From an uncultured Acidobacteriota bacterium (lineage in GTDB: Bacteria; Acidobacteriota; Thermoanaerobaculia; UBA5066; Gp7-AA6): a DNA stretch of 64,000 bases. Positions 52,098 through 61,658 of the stretch are shown here, in pieces. Position numbers and translations under genes: made by a program. Below the pieces are notes generated by a model. The model saw only the letters and a list, made by a program, of their open reading frames with translations, made no database searches and was not told the origin of the DNA. The stretch's first letter is position 1. Each line of letters opens with the position of its first letter. The stretch is taken from assembly GCA_963724465.1 (NCBI GenBank), contig CAVRUT010000003.1:308505-372504 (forward strand). The letters run 5' to 3'.

Positions 52098-52146
52098 AGT
52101 CGGGAAGGGCCTACGATCGAGCATGTCGCTCTCGTGAGGAAGCATC

Positions 52147-52863
52147 ATGAAACATCGTTGGCTCGGAATCGTCGGCACAGTGGTTCTCGTTGGCACAGGG
52201 CTTGCCGCGCCCCTCGTCGCTCAGACCGGACGGGGTCCGTACGCGCGCATCGCGGTGTTGCGTCCCCAGGACGGGCACACGGTCGATTTCGAGGCCGGGT
52301 ACATCCGACACCTCGCGTGGCACCAGCAGGCCGGGGATACGTGGGTCTGGTACGGCTGGAACGTCACGTTCGGTGAGCGGCAACGCTGGTTCGTCTACGC
52401 GTCGTTCGGGCACTCGGCCGCCAGCCTCGACAGCCCGGTGGCCCCGGCGGAGGACGAGCGGGACAACATTCTCAACGTCGCGCCACACGTCGAGTATATG
52501 GGGAACGCGCTCTACGAGTACCTGCCGGGCCTCTCGCGTGGCACGGGTGAGCCGCAACCGACCGCTCGGCTCGAACTCATGACCGTGGACCTCAACGCCG
52601 GAGCGGCAAAGGCTTTCGAGGCAGCCCTCGGCGCGGGACAGCCCGCACTGCAGGGTGAGACGCTCTGGTATCGGATCGTGGCGGGTGGATCCGTTCCACG
52701 CTATGTCCGACTGCGTCCGCGGCCCAGCCTTTCGGCGGTTCTCGATGGAAAGAGCGAACAGGCGCTCCCTGACGCGGCCAATCACCTGATCGCGAGGACG
52801 GCCGTCGAGATCCTGACACTGCGACCAACGATGAGCCTCGGCCTCGGGTCGCCGGCTCGCTAG
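52147..52863 (+). CDS. secreted hypothetical protein
   Basis: Intact 238-aa ORF with signal peptide MKHRWLGIVGTVVLVGTGLAAPLVAQ. Family not recognised. Confidence 0.6.
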   Translation: MKHRWLGIVGTVVLVGTGLAAPLVAQTGRGPYARIAVLRPQDGHTVDFEAGYIRHLAWHQQAGDTWVWYGWNVTFGERQRWFVYASFGHSAASLDSPVAPAEDERDNILNVAPHVEYMGNALYEYLPGLSRGTGEPQPTARLELMTVDLNAGAAKAFEAALGAGQPALQGETLWYRIVAGGSVPRYVRLRPRPSLSAVLDGKSEQALPDAANHLIARTAVEILTLRPTMSLGLGSPAR

Positions 52864-52935
52864 TACGTCCGCCCGACCTTCGCCGCACGCGCGCAGAAAA
52901 GGGCTCACGCGTCGGTTTTCGTCCCCCGGTCCGTT

Positions 52936-53595
52936 TCATCGAGCGATCGCAACCACGACCAGCCGCTTCGGGCCATGAACCCCGTAGGCAAGAGTTTGCT
53001 CGATGTCCGCGGTCTTACTGGGCCCCGAGACCAGCAGAGCGTTGGGCGGCATCCGTGCTGCCCAGCCCTCCGAACGAATCGCATGCCAGAAGGAGTCGTG
53101 GATGGAACGGGTATCGAGCAGTGCGACATGCACCGGCGGGACCAGAGAAAGGAGGCGAGGCTCCTCGGGGGACGGCCAGAGGATCAGACCGCCTGTTTCG
53201 GCGATCCCGCCGCGAGTCGTCGTGAAGCCGGCATCGACCTCGTCGAACAGCTGTTGCTTCTGCTCCTCGAAGGGCCGGTCGTACGGGACGAGTCGGGCCC
53301 GGCCGGGGGACCAGGATCCCGACAGACGCCGGCCCGCAGCCGTTGACGGCCCGTACGCGAGCGTCGAGAGGCCCTCGGACTCGACGAAGGCTCGGACCGC
53401 CCGTGGCCAGTCGGCCTCCGTGGTCTCCAGAAATTCGGCGTGCACTGCCTCCATCATGCGGCGGAGGCGCGGATAGCGGTCCGACGGAGAGTGCACTTTC
53501 CGGGCCATGACGCCGAAATCGGAATCGATCGCCGTCGGCCGAACCGGTACCCGACGGAGACGTTCCAGAATCCTCTCGCGGGCCCCCTCAGGCAT
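52936..53595 (-). CDS. lutC: lactate utilisation protein C (LUD domain)
   Basis: MPEGARERILERLRR...GFTTTRGGIAETGGLILWPSPEEPRLLSLVPPVHVALLD..ALLVSGPSKTADIEQTLAYGVHGP. The start overlaps the lutB stop. Confidence 0.85.
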   Translation of the reverse strand: MPEGARERILERLRRVPVRPTAIDSDFGVMARKVHSPSDRYPRLRRMMEAVHAEFLETTEADWPRAVRAFVESEGLSTLAYGPSTAAGRRLSGSWSPGRARLVPYDRPFEEQKQQLFDEVDAGFTTTRGGIAETGGLILWPSPEEPRLLSLVPPVHVALLDTRSIHDSFWHAIRSEGWAARMPPNALLVSGPSKTADIEQTLAYGVHGPKRLVVVAIAR

Positions 53596-55021
53596 CGGGA
53601 ACTCCGTCTTCGTCCGCCAGCTCACGCAGCGTCCTGCGCGCCGGCCTCGGCCGGACTCGGACGCTCGTCCAGGCCGACAGCACCGGAAGCCGGCCCGGCA
53701 GGAAACGCCCCAGGCGTGTCGCAGCAAGGGCTGCGATTCGGTAGAGGAATGGGGTCCTGTGGATCGCCTGCCACACCGTCCAAATGGCGCTCTCGAGCCG
53801 ATGGCGACCCTCTCCCGCCCCCCGCACCGTGGACGCGCCCGTGCCGACGGCCTCGGATCGGAGGCGGACGATGAGCTCCGGGATTGGAATCCCCACCGGG
53901 CACACCTCGCCGCAGGCGCCGCACAGGCTCGAGGCTTCCAACAGATCCAATCGCCGACCCACGCCCTCGGTTTGCGGCGTCACGACCTTCCCGATCGGCC
54001 CGGGATAGACGGCCTCGTACGCGTGCCCGCCGACCCGCGTGTAGACCGGGCAGTGGTTCATGCAGGCTCCGCACCGGATGCACCGAAGCGTCGCCTGCAG
54101 CTCCCGGTCCGCGAACATGCGCGAACGGCCGTTGTCGAGGATGACGAGATGGACTTCCCGGGGGCCATCCTTCTCGTCCCGGCCCCGGGGGCCGCTGATC
54201 ATGTTGAAGTAAGTCGTGATCGGCTGGGCCGTCGCGGACCGGGTCAGGAGGCCATAAAGCGGGGGCACGTCCTCCAGCTTTTCGACGACCTTCTCGATTC
54301 CCATCAGCGCGATGTGGACCGGAGGGACGTGGGTGGACATCCTCCCGTTGCCTTCGTTCTCGACGAGGCACAGCGTGCCTGTTTCCGCAACGGCGAAGTT
54401 GACCCCGGAGATACCCGCCTGCGCCTCGAAAAACTTCCGACGCAGAACGCGGCGGGCGATTGCGGTGAGCGCGTCGACGTCCTCCGTGTACTGCGCGTCC
54501 CGGATCTTCTCTCCGAAGAGCCGCGCGATCTGCGCTCGGTTCTTGTGAATCGCCGGCATGATGATGTGCGACGGCGTCTCCCCATCCAGCTGGATGATGT
54601 ATTCGCCGAGGTCGGACTCGAGCGACTCGATGCCCCGCTTCTCGAGGAAGTCGTTCAAGTGCATCTCCTCGGAGACCATGGACTTGCCCTTCACGACGCG
54701 CGTGGCGCCGTGCCGCCGGAGGAGGTCGAGAACGACCGCGTTGGCCTCGTCCGTGGTCTCGGCCCAGTGGACGGCGATGCCGTTGTGGCGGCAGTTTTCC
54801 TCCAGCTGCACGAGTAGCTCCGGCAGGCGCGCGAGGGCTCGGGAGCGGATCGAGGCGCCGAGTGCCCGGAGATCCCGCCACTCCGCCGGATCGGCGAACT
54901 GCGCGGCGCGCCTGCTCATCAGCCCGTCCATGGCCCGCCGGAAGTTCGAGCGCAGTTGCGGGTCCTTCAGCGCGCCGGACGCGGCGGCCCGGAAGGAGGG
55001 ACCTCGACCCTCAGCGCCCAC
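53588..55021 (-). CDS. lutB: lactate utilisation protein B (4Fe-4S, LUD domain)
   Basis: ..ALKDPQLRSNFRRAMD.., ..GISGVNFAVAETGTLCLVENEGNGR.., ..LRCIRCGACMNHCPVY..SSLCGACGEVCPVGIPI.. The GTG start at 55021 was inferred and overlaps the lutA stop. Confidence 0.85.
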   Translation of the reverse strand: MGAEGRGPSFRAAASGALKDPQLRSNFRRAMDGLMSRRAAQFADPAEWRDLRALGASIRSRALARLPELLVQLEENCRHNGIAVHWAETTDEANAVVLDLLRRHGATRVVKGKSMVSEEMHLNDFLEKRGIESLESDLGEYIIQLDGETPSHIIMPAIHKNRAQIARLFGEKIRDAQYTEDVDALTAIARRVLRRKFFEAQAGISGVNFAVAETGTLCLVENEGNGRMSTHVPPVHIALMGIEKVVEKLEDVPPLYGLLTRSATAQPITTYFNMISGPRGRDEKDGPREVHLVILDNGRSRMFADRELQATLRCIRCGACMNHCPVYTRVGGHAYEAVYPGPIGKVVTPQTEGVGRRLDLLEASSLCGACGEVCPVGIPIPELIVRLRSEAVGTGASTVRGAGEGRHRLESAIWTVWQAIHRTPFLYRIAALAATRLGRFLPGRLPVLSAWTSVRVRPRPARRTLRELADEDGVPDA

Positions 55022-55775
55022 GTGTCCGTTCCCACAAGAACTCCGCGACGTGGCAGGACCGGATTCCCGAGCCGAGAGCCTCGAGCCGCCCGGCGATGTT
55101 GAGGAGACAACCTCCATCCCCGGAGAGCAGGGTCGTCGCCCTGGTGGACGCGACGTCGCCGGCCTTGTCCTCGACCATGGCCGCCGAGATCTCCGGGTGC
55201 CGGACGGCGAAGGTCCCCCCGAAGCCGCAGCACTCCCGCTCCCGCGAGAGGGGGACGAGCTCGACGTTTTCGAGCTGCGCGAGAAGGCGCCGGGGCTCGT
55301 CCTCGACTCCGGCCTCGCGCAGCGCGTGGCAGGACGAATGCCAGGCGACACGAACCTTCTCGCCGCGGTCGACGAGGTTCACCTCCAGAACGTCGCAAAG
55401 GAAGCGCGTCAGCTCAACGACCCGGCACGCGAAGGCCAGCGCCTCGCCGTGAAACGGGTCGCCCTCGAAGAGGGCGGGATAGTGACGTTTCATCATCCCG
55501 GCGCAAGAGCCGGAGGGGACCACGATCGGATACGGCTCGGGAAAGAGCCGGATCTGTCCGCGCGCCACGGACCTGGCCTCGGCTTGGTATCCGCTGTTGT
55601 AGGCCGGTTGCCCGCAGCAGGTCTGCCCGCGCGGGAAGACGACCCTCACTCCCTCGTGCTGGAGCAGCCGTATGCCCGAGAGCCCCGCCTCGGGGAAGAA
55701 GAGGTCCACGAGACAGGTGCCGTAGTAGTAGACCGTCTGTGGCTTCCGTGAGCGTCCCCGGGTCGCGTCGGTCAC
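55011..55775 (-). CDS. lutA: lactate utilisation protein A (Fe-S oxidoreductase, CCG domains)
   Basis: ..VYYYGTCLVDLFFPEAGLSGIRLLQHEGVRVVFPRGQTCCGQPAYNSG.. and ..AWHSSCHALRE..RECCGFGGTFAV.. The GTG start at 55775 was inferred. Confidence 0.85.
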   Translation of the reverse strand: MTDATRGRSRKPQTVYYYGTCLVDLFFPEAGLSGIRLLQHEGVRVVFPRGQTCCGQPAYNSGYQAEARSVARGQIRLFPEPYPIVVPSGSCAGMMKRHYPALFEGDPFHGEALAFACRVVELTRFLCDVLEVNLVDRGEKVRVAWHSSCHALREAGVEDEPRRLLAQLENVELVPLSRERECCGFGGTFAVRHPEISAAMVEDKAGDVASTRATTLLSGDGGCLLNIAGRLEALGSGIRSCHVAEFLWERTRGR

Positions 55776-55829
55776 ATCGCCTCGATCATATGGCGTGCCG
55801 GAAGCTCGAGGCGCTATTCCAGGAGGTAA

Positions 55830-56215
55830 ATGACCTCGGACAGCGAAGTGACGCGGTATTTCGGCTCTGCGGCTGGCAGGTCCCCGCCGCGGTCGGTCCA
55901 TGCAACCAAACGCCCGGCCCGCTGAGCGCCATCGGCATCCCATCCATTCGAGCTGACGAAGAGCGATCATCGTCCGGGTCCCGTTCGACAGGATCGCTCG
56001 GCGAATCCCACGCCGGACCGGCTTGGCGGCCGGTAGAGCAGGTCCCAACTCTTGGCACCCGACCAATACGTCGAGCACCGGCCCATTGTCTCGCGATCGT
56101 TGGGAGACCGCCGGCCTGGCGGTCGGCGTTTGCGCTTCGCGGGTTTGATCGCGACGGCGATTCTAATCGGATCCAGTCTCAGAGTTGCAGCGATGCGAAC
56201 TCGCCTCCGGCCGCC
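55830..56215 (-). mobile_element. degenerate IS5-family (IS427/IS402-like) transposase remnant
   Basis: Spread over three minus frames: KPAKRKRRPPGRRSPNDRETMG / LDVLVG / AKSWDLLYRPP / PVRRGIRRAILSNGTRTMIALRQL. Compare the family pattern PPxKRRPGGRPRxDDRxVLNGILxVLRTGxPWRDLPxRYGPWxTxYxRFRRWxxDGTWxRIL. No intact ORF and no ends identified. Confidence 0.5.
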
Positions 56216-56484
56216 GGCCGCCCCGGCGCGGGACGCGAGACCGCGGCCCAGGCACCCACCCATGCATTGAGTAGCCCGTAGGCGAGCCAGAACACGGCGC
56301 CGGACAACCGTTCCCCATTCCGCTCGCGCGCACTGGAGCGATGATCTCGTGATACACGAGGTGGGAAACGGCGCAGGATCATTGAACCGTCGAGACTACA
56401 CCGCGCCTCCCAAGATCCGCATGATGGCGCGTCCCGGCGGTTGGATGGGCCCGGGCACACCGCCCGACGTTCCTTCGCGCCCGC

Positions 56485-57546
56485 CTAACTCTTGGGGCGA
56501 GGATCGATGGCGCAGATGCCATGGTCCTCGCAGATTTGCCGCATGGCGGCGGCGGCCGTGTTGAAAGCGAGGATGATCGACCCGCCTTTCCTGCCCGCGG
56601 TCAGGTCACCGGCAAGGAAGAGGCCGGGAACGCTCGTCGCGAAGGAATCGGTCAGTCTCGGCTGCGGGCCATCGAATTCAATGCCTGCGGACTTGAGGAA
56701 GTTCTCCGGTGTCGTCCCACCGAGGGCGTAGACGACCCGATCGACGTCGAGAGGATCGAGGTCGGGCTCCCGAAAACGGACCCGGACTCTGGTCCCGGTA
56801 CTTTCGAGTCCGGCCACGTTGGAGGAGAGAAGGGTGTGCAGCCTTCCCTGCCGCTCGAGCTCGAGCACGCTGTCGCGATTGATGGGATTGGGCCGCGACA
56901 AGTCTGTGCCGCGGTAGGAGAGCGTGACACGGTTGCCCTCTTGCACGAGAAACTGGCAGTACTCCAGCGCCGTGTCGCCGCCGCCGACCACGAGAACGTC
57001 CTTGCCTCGGATTTCCTCGCTCGTCACGTCGAAGAGGACTTGGTGCTGCACTTGACGCGGGACGGCGTACGACGGCTTGTTCGGGCGGCTCAGAATCCCG
57101 ATCGCGATTACGACGACGCGCGCCCGCCACACGCCTGTGTTCGTCTCGACACGCAGCAGCCTGCCGGCCTCGGCCTCAATCCGGTGAACTTCTTCACGGT
57201 AGCGCACGCGGGCCCCTGATTCGCGGATTGCGCGGTCAAGGTAACTCAAGGTCTCGTCGCGTGTCAGGTCGGGAATGCAAAGCACGCCCTCGCATCTCGC
57301 CTCAATCCCCTTGTAATTGGCGAGCACAGGCTTGGTCGCCGCGTAGTACTTGCGAACGATCCAGGAATGTTCCTGAGCCTTCTCGAGAACGAGGACCCGT
57401 TCCGGGACAACGCCCGCGGCTCTGGCCTCGGCGGCGATGGCGATGCCCGCGGGCCCCCCACCCACGATGATGAGATCGAACTCCGGACTTTCTTTGCTCA
57501 CAGGCTCGAGATGCGTTGGTCTGAAACCGACACAGTATGAGACCAC
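56485..57546 (-). CDS. FAD/NAD(P)-binding pyridine nucleotide-disulfide oxidoreductase (TrxB/YpdA-like)
   Basis: ..FDLIIVGGGPAGIAIAAE.. (FAD GxGxxG), ..KDVLVVGGGDTALEYCQFL.. (NAD(P) GxGxxA), ..VPGLFLAGDL.. The true start may be the GTG before SKESPEFD. Confidence 0.8.
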   Translation of the reverse strand: MVSYCVGFRPTHLEPVSKESPEFDLIIVGGGPAGIAIAAEARAAGVVPERVLVLEKAQEHSWIVRKYYAATKPVLANYKGIEARCEGVLCIPDLTRDETLSYLDRAIRESGARVRYREEVHRIEAEAGRLLRVETNTGVWRARVVVIAIGILSRPNKPSYAVPRQVQHQVLFDVTSEEIRGKDVLVVGGGDTALEYCQFLVQEGNRVTLSYRGTDLSRPNPINRDSVLELERQGRLHTLLSSNVAGLESTGTRVRVRFREPDLDPLDVDRVVYALGGTTPENFLKSAGIEFDGPQPRLTDSFATSVPGLFLAGDLTAGRKGGSIILAFNTAAAAMRQICEDHGICAIDPRPKS

Positions 57547-57594
57547 AGCCAGATCGCCCCACTTTCGACCGACGGGGAGGCGGAGAGACGTGCC

Positions 57595-57855
57595 TCACCC
57601 CCGGTGGTCAGACATTACGCTGACGGCTCGATCGGACCAGCCGGAGGCAGTGCCGCGAGAAATTGCTCGGCCGGTACGTAGAGCTCGTTCGGCCGCAAGG
57701 CACCGCGGGTACGTCAGCGGGTGGCACTCGAGCCCCCCGAGAAGAAGGGGGCTTCCCGCGAGGCGGCGGACGTCGTAAGCGCACATGACGATGACGGGGA
57801 GTTTTCGGACCGCGTCCGTCAAGCGGGCTTCGAGCCGGAGGAGATCCAGGGTCAT
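57595..57855 (-). pseudogene. MEDS-domain protein, C-terminal fragment
   Basis: ..LPVIVMCAYDVRRLAGSPLLLGGLECHPLTY.. resembles the C-terminal CAYD...HP part of MEDS sensory domains. The N-terminal part is replaced by repeat copy A. Confidence 0.45.
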
Positions 57856-58012
57856 CGGGCCAGTCGGAGGAATTTGAGCCCTCGACCTCTGGGTTACCTC
57901 CCCCAAAAGGCGATACAGCCAGAAAAAAAGACGACGAAACCCGACTCGATCAGGCTTTCGAGGCGTCGATTTTCGCCTCCTGTAGCCGCCAGATCGCCCA
58001 CCTTCGCTCCAC
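57855..58012 (-). repeat. about 155-bp repeat, copy A, ending in a tRNA-like 3' half
   Basis: The minus strand reads GGAGCGAAGGTGGGCGATCTGGCGGCTACAGGAGGCGAAAA...AACCCAGAGGTCGAGGGCTCAAATTCCTCCGACTGG. It is about 70 percent identical to copy B at 63130-63292, in the same orientation. Confidence 0.65.
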
Positions 58013-58188
58013 ATGGGAGGTGGAGTCGGCGTTCACGAACAGGCGTCTCGGATGGAGCCAGTTTTGCCTTCACGAACCGACGCACCTAGTGTTGCTGAAG
58101 AGGCCCAGCCTCCCTACGCCCAACGAGCAGCGCCTCAGCAGGCGAATGCGTCCGGTGCAGGTGTCGGGGTACTGCTCGGCGCCTGAGC

Positions 58189-58212
58189 CAAAAAAAGGCC
58201 CCCTTCGGGGCC
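58189..58212 (-). terminator. intrinsic terminator downstream of the ABM-like gene
   Basis: The minus strand reads GGCCCCGAAGGGGGCC followed by TTTTTTT. Confidence 0.7.
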
Positions 58213-58245
58213 TCACCATTATGGAAACGGCGCGCGCCCTATCGG

Positions 58246-58548
58246 TTAGATTGTGGCGCGAACGTAGCTGGAAGCCGTCTCGTAGGTCTCGACCTTCGGT
58301 ATTCCGTCGATCACGCCGCCGAGCTTCGCCAGAACTTGCGGGTACGTCGCCGTCTGGTAGGCCTCCGCACTTTGCCGATTGTCCCAAAGGCTGATGCCGA
58401 TGGCATTCTTCGGGTTGACAAGCGTCACTTCCTCAAGAAAACCGCTCTGCTTCCGAAGCATCGGAACGACTTCCTTCTCGAACAGGTTCGTAAAGTCCTT
58501 CTCCTTACCAGGCTTGATCTGAAAGCTGACGTTTCTTGCGAATTTCAT
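58246..58548 (-). CDS. ABM (antibiotic-biosynthesis-monooxygenase-like) dimeric alpha/beta-barrel protein
   Basis: GAGGAGG RBS, then MKFARNVSFQIKPGKEKDFTNLFEKEVVPMLRKQSGFLEEVTLVNPKNAIGISLWDNRQSAEAY. Confidence 0.65.
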   Translation of the reverse strand: MKFARNVSFQIKPGKEKDFTNLFEKEVVPMLRKQSGFLEEVTLVNPKNAIGISLWDNRQSAEAYQTATYPQVLAKLGGVIDGIPKVETYETASSYVRATI

Positions 58549-58614
58549 GACAGTCCTCCTCTTTCCAGGAACCAACATGTCTCAAAGTGCATCGCCTGTC
58601 ATGACCCGGTTGCA

Positions 58615-58872
58615 TCATTTTGGAGTCCGCTGTTTCGCGCATTCGCGGGCCCAATGTCCGGAAGCAGCTTCCCGACAACACCTCAGACCTCCTGCTCGAA
58701 GCGTTCGTGGCGTTCCGGGTCGGTCGCTTACCTCTCCCGGCAGGATTCTTGCCGCGACTTCGCATCCCAGCCGCGAATCCGGCGCCCGGTGCGCCTCGCC
58801 CATCGCGCCCGCGCCCAAAGGCGACAGGATCTCGTAGGGGCCGAGACGGGTCCCGACGGAGAGTGCGCTCAA
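58615..58872 (-). pseudogene. Ser/Thr kinase remnant (first ~60 codons, frame change and in-frame stop)
   Basis: [47 protein letters not shown].., then after a shift DRPERHERFEQEV followed by TGA. It lies directly downstream of the intact kinase gene. Confidence 0.65.
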
Positions 58873-61238
58873 TTGAGTCCCACGCGATGGACGAGGTCGA
58901 GGAATCGCGGGTCCGACCGGAGGGGGTCGAACATGGGATCCACTTTGAGGCCAGTGAGCCAGGGATCATGTTCTTCGATGGCTTTCTCGAGCCATGCCAT
59001 AGCCTGGTCATTCTCACCAAGTCCGGAGAAGACAACAGCCACCATGGCAGGCGGCACGTAGTGCTCCTTCGACCTCGCTCTCAATTTCTCGACGATCTCG
59101 AGCGCCTCTGCCCGGCGGTTGGCGACGGCGTAGGCGTATCCAAGGGCCCCCAGCTGCGCCGCGCCGCCTCCCGAGAGCTCGACGGCCTTCTGCAGCTCGC
59201 TGATGGCCTCGTCGTAGCGTTTCTTGTGTATCAGGGATAGCCCCAGCCCAAAGTGCGCTCGGAGGAAGTTCGGATCCATGTCGAGTACGTGGCGAAACCA
59301 GGGAATAGCCTCGTCGTCCCGCCGCGCAAGGCTCAGGGCGATTCCCATCATCGTGTTGACGCCGAGGGAGGCGGGATCGAGCTCCTGTGCTCGCTTCATT
59401 TCACGGACGGCTTCGTCGAACCGGCCCATTCTCACGAGAAATATTGCGTAGTTCTCGTGCGCGATCGAGAGATTCGCATTCAGCTTGAGGGCCCGCTGAA
59501 ACTGGCTTTCCGCGGTCTTCCAGTCTCGATCAAAAACGAAGCTGCTCCAGGCCAGCGAGGCATACGGCTCGCCAAGCGTCGGGTCGAGCTCGACCGCCCG
59601 CAGCGCAGCCGCCTTCGCGCTCGGGAAGGCTTCCCTCGGAGAGAGCGCGCCCTGCGCCGAACCGGCTGCCGTTTCGTAGGCCTGAGCGATGCTCGCGTAG
59701 GCCAGCGCGTAGTTCGGCTGCCTCTGAACGGCCTGCTGAAAGTACTCGAGGCTCTTCTGCGCGTCGGCTGCCGTGCGCCGGAACAAGTGATACTGGCCCT
59801 TCAAGTACGCTTCATAGGCTTCCGGGTTGACGGTCTTCTTGTCCGCGAGTCGCAGGCGCTCATGCTCCGTCAGCCGGACCCCGATCTCGCCGGCAATGGT
59901 CCTGGCAACCTCTCCTTGAAGGGCCAGGACGTCCTTCAGGTCACGTTGGAATGAATCCGCCCAGAGATGCTTGTCCCTGGGCGCGTCGATGAGCTGTGCC
60001 GTAATCTTCACCTGCGAGCCGCTGCGCATCACCGAACCCTCGACGATGGCATCGACGCCCAACTCCTTCGCGATTTCGGGCAGCGACTTGGATGAACTCT
60101 TGTAGCGCATCACCGAGGTCCGCGACGTCACACGCAAGGCCGAGATCTTCGCGAGATCGCTGATCAATTCTTCCGTCATGCCATCCGCGAAGTACTCTTG
60201 CTGCGGATCACCCGAAAGGTTGGCCAGCGGCAAGACGGCGAGCGATTCGATTCGCCGGGAGCCCGCGCTGCGGTGGCGCAGCAGGAGAACCAGCGCGATT
60301 GCGGCGAGAGTGATCGCCACAACCGCAAGGAGAACGGCCCTACGTCGCGAGACCCCCGGCGCCTTCGGCGCAGGTCGCGAACTCCCGGAGCCCAGACATT
60401 CGCTGAGCGCGAACGACAGGTCATCTACCGACTGGAACCGCTCACTGGGGTTTTTCTCCAGGCATCGCCCCACGATGCGATCCAAGCCCTCGGGCACTTG
60501 CGTCCCCGAGACCGTAATCTCGTCGGGCTGGTCCCGCAGAATTGCCGCCATCGTCTGGCCGGCCGACCCGCCGGAAAATGCCCGCCTTCCCGTCAGCATC
60601 TCGTACAGGACGCAACCGAAGGAGAAAATGTCGCTCCGGGTATCGGCAAGCTCCCCGCGGACCTGCTCCGGCGACATGTACCCGAGCGAACCGAGAACCG
60701 TCCCGGCCTCTGTGGCCACCGACTCCGTCGGTACGGCGGTCATTTCCTCCGAGGGCACCACGTCGGCACGGGCCAGCCCGAAGTCCAGGATCTTCACGTG
60801 GCCGCCCGAAGTCAGAAAGATGTTCTCGGGTTTCAAATCTCGATGGACGATTCTTTGCGCGTGAGCGGCGGAGAGCCCCTCCGCGATTGCGATCCCGATC
60901 TCCATCGCCTTGCGCCACGCCAGGCGCTCGCGCACCAGTCGCTCTCGAAGCGTCTGCCCCTCGAGCAGCTCCATGACTGCGTAGCGAAGTTCCTGCTCCT
61001 GACCGAAATCATGGATCGCGAGGATGTTCGGGTGCGACAATGCGGCTACGGCCCTGGCCTCCCGCTCGAAGCGCGCAAGGGCCTTCGGATCGTCGGCCAG
61101 CCGCTCCGGCAACACCTTGACTGCCACCTCGCGCGCGAGGCGCGTGTCCCGCGCCCGGTACACCTCTCCCATCCCGCCTGCACCCAACGGCGACAGGATC
61201 TCGTAGGGCCCGAGGCGGGTGCCGGCAGCGAGTGTCAT
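58869..61238 (-). CDS. Ser/Thr protein kinase with TM segment, TolB-N-like region and C-terminal TPR repeats
   Basis: Intact 789-aa ORF: [59 protein letters not shown] ([20 protein letters not shown]), then multiple TPR-like repeats. Confidence 0.9.
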   Translation of the reverse strand: MTLAAGTRLGPYEILSPLGAGGMGEVYRARDTRLAREVAVKVLPERLADDPKALARFEREARAVAALSHPNILAIHDFGQEQELRYAVMELLEGQTLRERLVRERLAWRKAMEIGIAIAEGLSAAHAQRIVHRDLKPENIFLTSGGHVKILDFGLARADVVPSEEMTAVPTESVATEAGTVLGSLGYMSPEQVRGELADTRSDIFSFGCVLYEMLTGRRAFSGGSAGQTMAAILRDQPDEITVSGTQVPEGLDRIVGRCLEKNPSERFQSVDDLSFALSECLGSGSSRPAPKAPGVSRRRAVLLAVVAITLAAIALVLLLRHRSAGSRRIESLAVLPLANLSGDPQQEYFADGMTEELISDLAKISALRVTSRTSVMRYKSSSKSLPEIAKELGVDAIVEGSVMRSGSQVKITAQLIDAPRDKHLWADSFQRDLKDVLALQGEVARTIAGEIGVRLTEHERLRLADKKTVNPEAYEAYLKGQYHLFRRTAADAQKSLEYFQQAVQRQPNYALAYASIAQAYETAAGSAQGALSPREAFPSAKAAALRAVELDPTLGEPYASLAWSSFVFDRDWKTAESQFQRALKLNANLSIAHENYAIFLVRMGRFDEAVREMKRAQELDPASLGVNTMMGIALSLARRDDEAIPWFRHVLDMDPNFLRAHFGLGLSLIHKKRYDEAISELQKAVELSGGGAAQLGALGYAYAVANRRAEALEIVEKLRARSKEHYVPPAMVAVVFSGLGENDQAMAWLEKAIEEHDPWLTGLKVDPMFDPLRSDPRFLDLVHRVGLN

Positions 61239-61299
61239 CGGAAGACCGCTGCGGCGATTCTAGTCGCTTCGAGTGTCAGGGTCGTATCGACGCGAAGCC

Positions 61300-61520
61300 G
61301 ACGTTCCCCCGTACTTGCCGCACGGAGTCACGAGTCTCTGGTTCTTGTATCGAGCGGCCCAGGCCCGGACGTAGGGGAGCGTACGCAGCCAGTTGATGCA
61401 GGTGTAGCTCCAGATGTCGACGAGGACGACCTTGCCGCGCAGCCCGGCAGCGGTCAACGGAGGCGAGTTGAGCCACGCCGTCGCGCCGACCAGAGTGGGC
61501 GCGCCGGGCCCATGTCTCAG
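61300..61520 (-). pseudogene. DipZ-type thioredoxin-domain fragment
   Basis: ..TLVGATAWLNSPPLTAAGLRGKVVLVDIWSYTCINWLRTLPYVRAWAARYKNQ.. matches the start of the redoxin domain (family pattern LRGKVVLVDFWTYxCINCxRTLPYV). The active-site second Cys is W here and the domain breaks off after about 60 residues. Confidence 0.55.
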
Positions 61521-61658
61521 GGGCTCGATAGGCCTCGTCCGGAAGCACCGTGATGGCCAGCGGGACCGAGATCTCGTTGGTCATCTGCGCGGCCGCACTG
61601 GTCACGCCTCGTCCCCCGTTCTCCCAGTACAGTTGCGCTGACGCCCACTCGAACGGCA

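Noticed and set aside
57855-57900. Possible functional tRNA genes at the tRNA-like sites (also 63130-63180)
   Set aside because: No D arm and no acceptor 5' strand are present. The T stem is unpaired in copy B and the anticodon loop is non-canonical in copy A. They are interpreted as att-site fossils.
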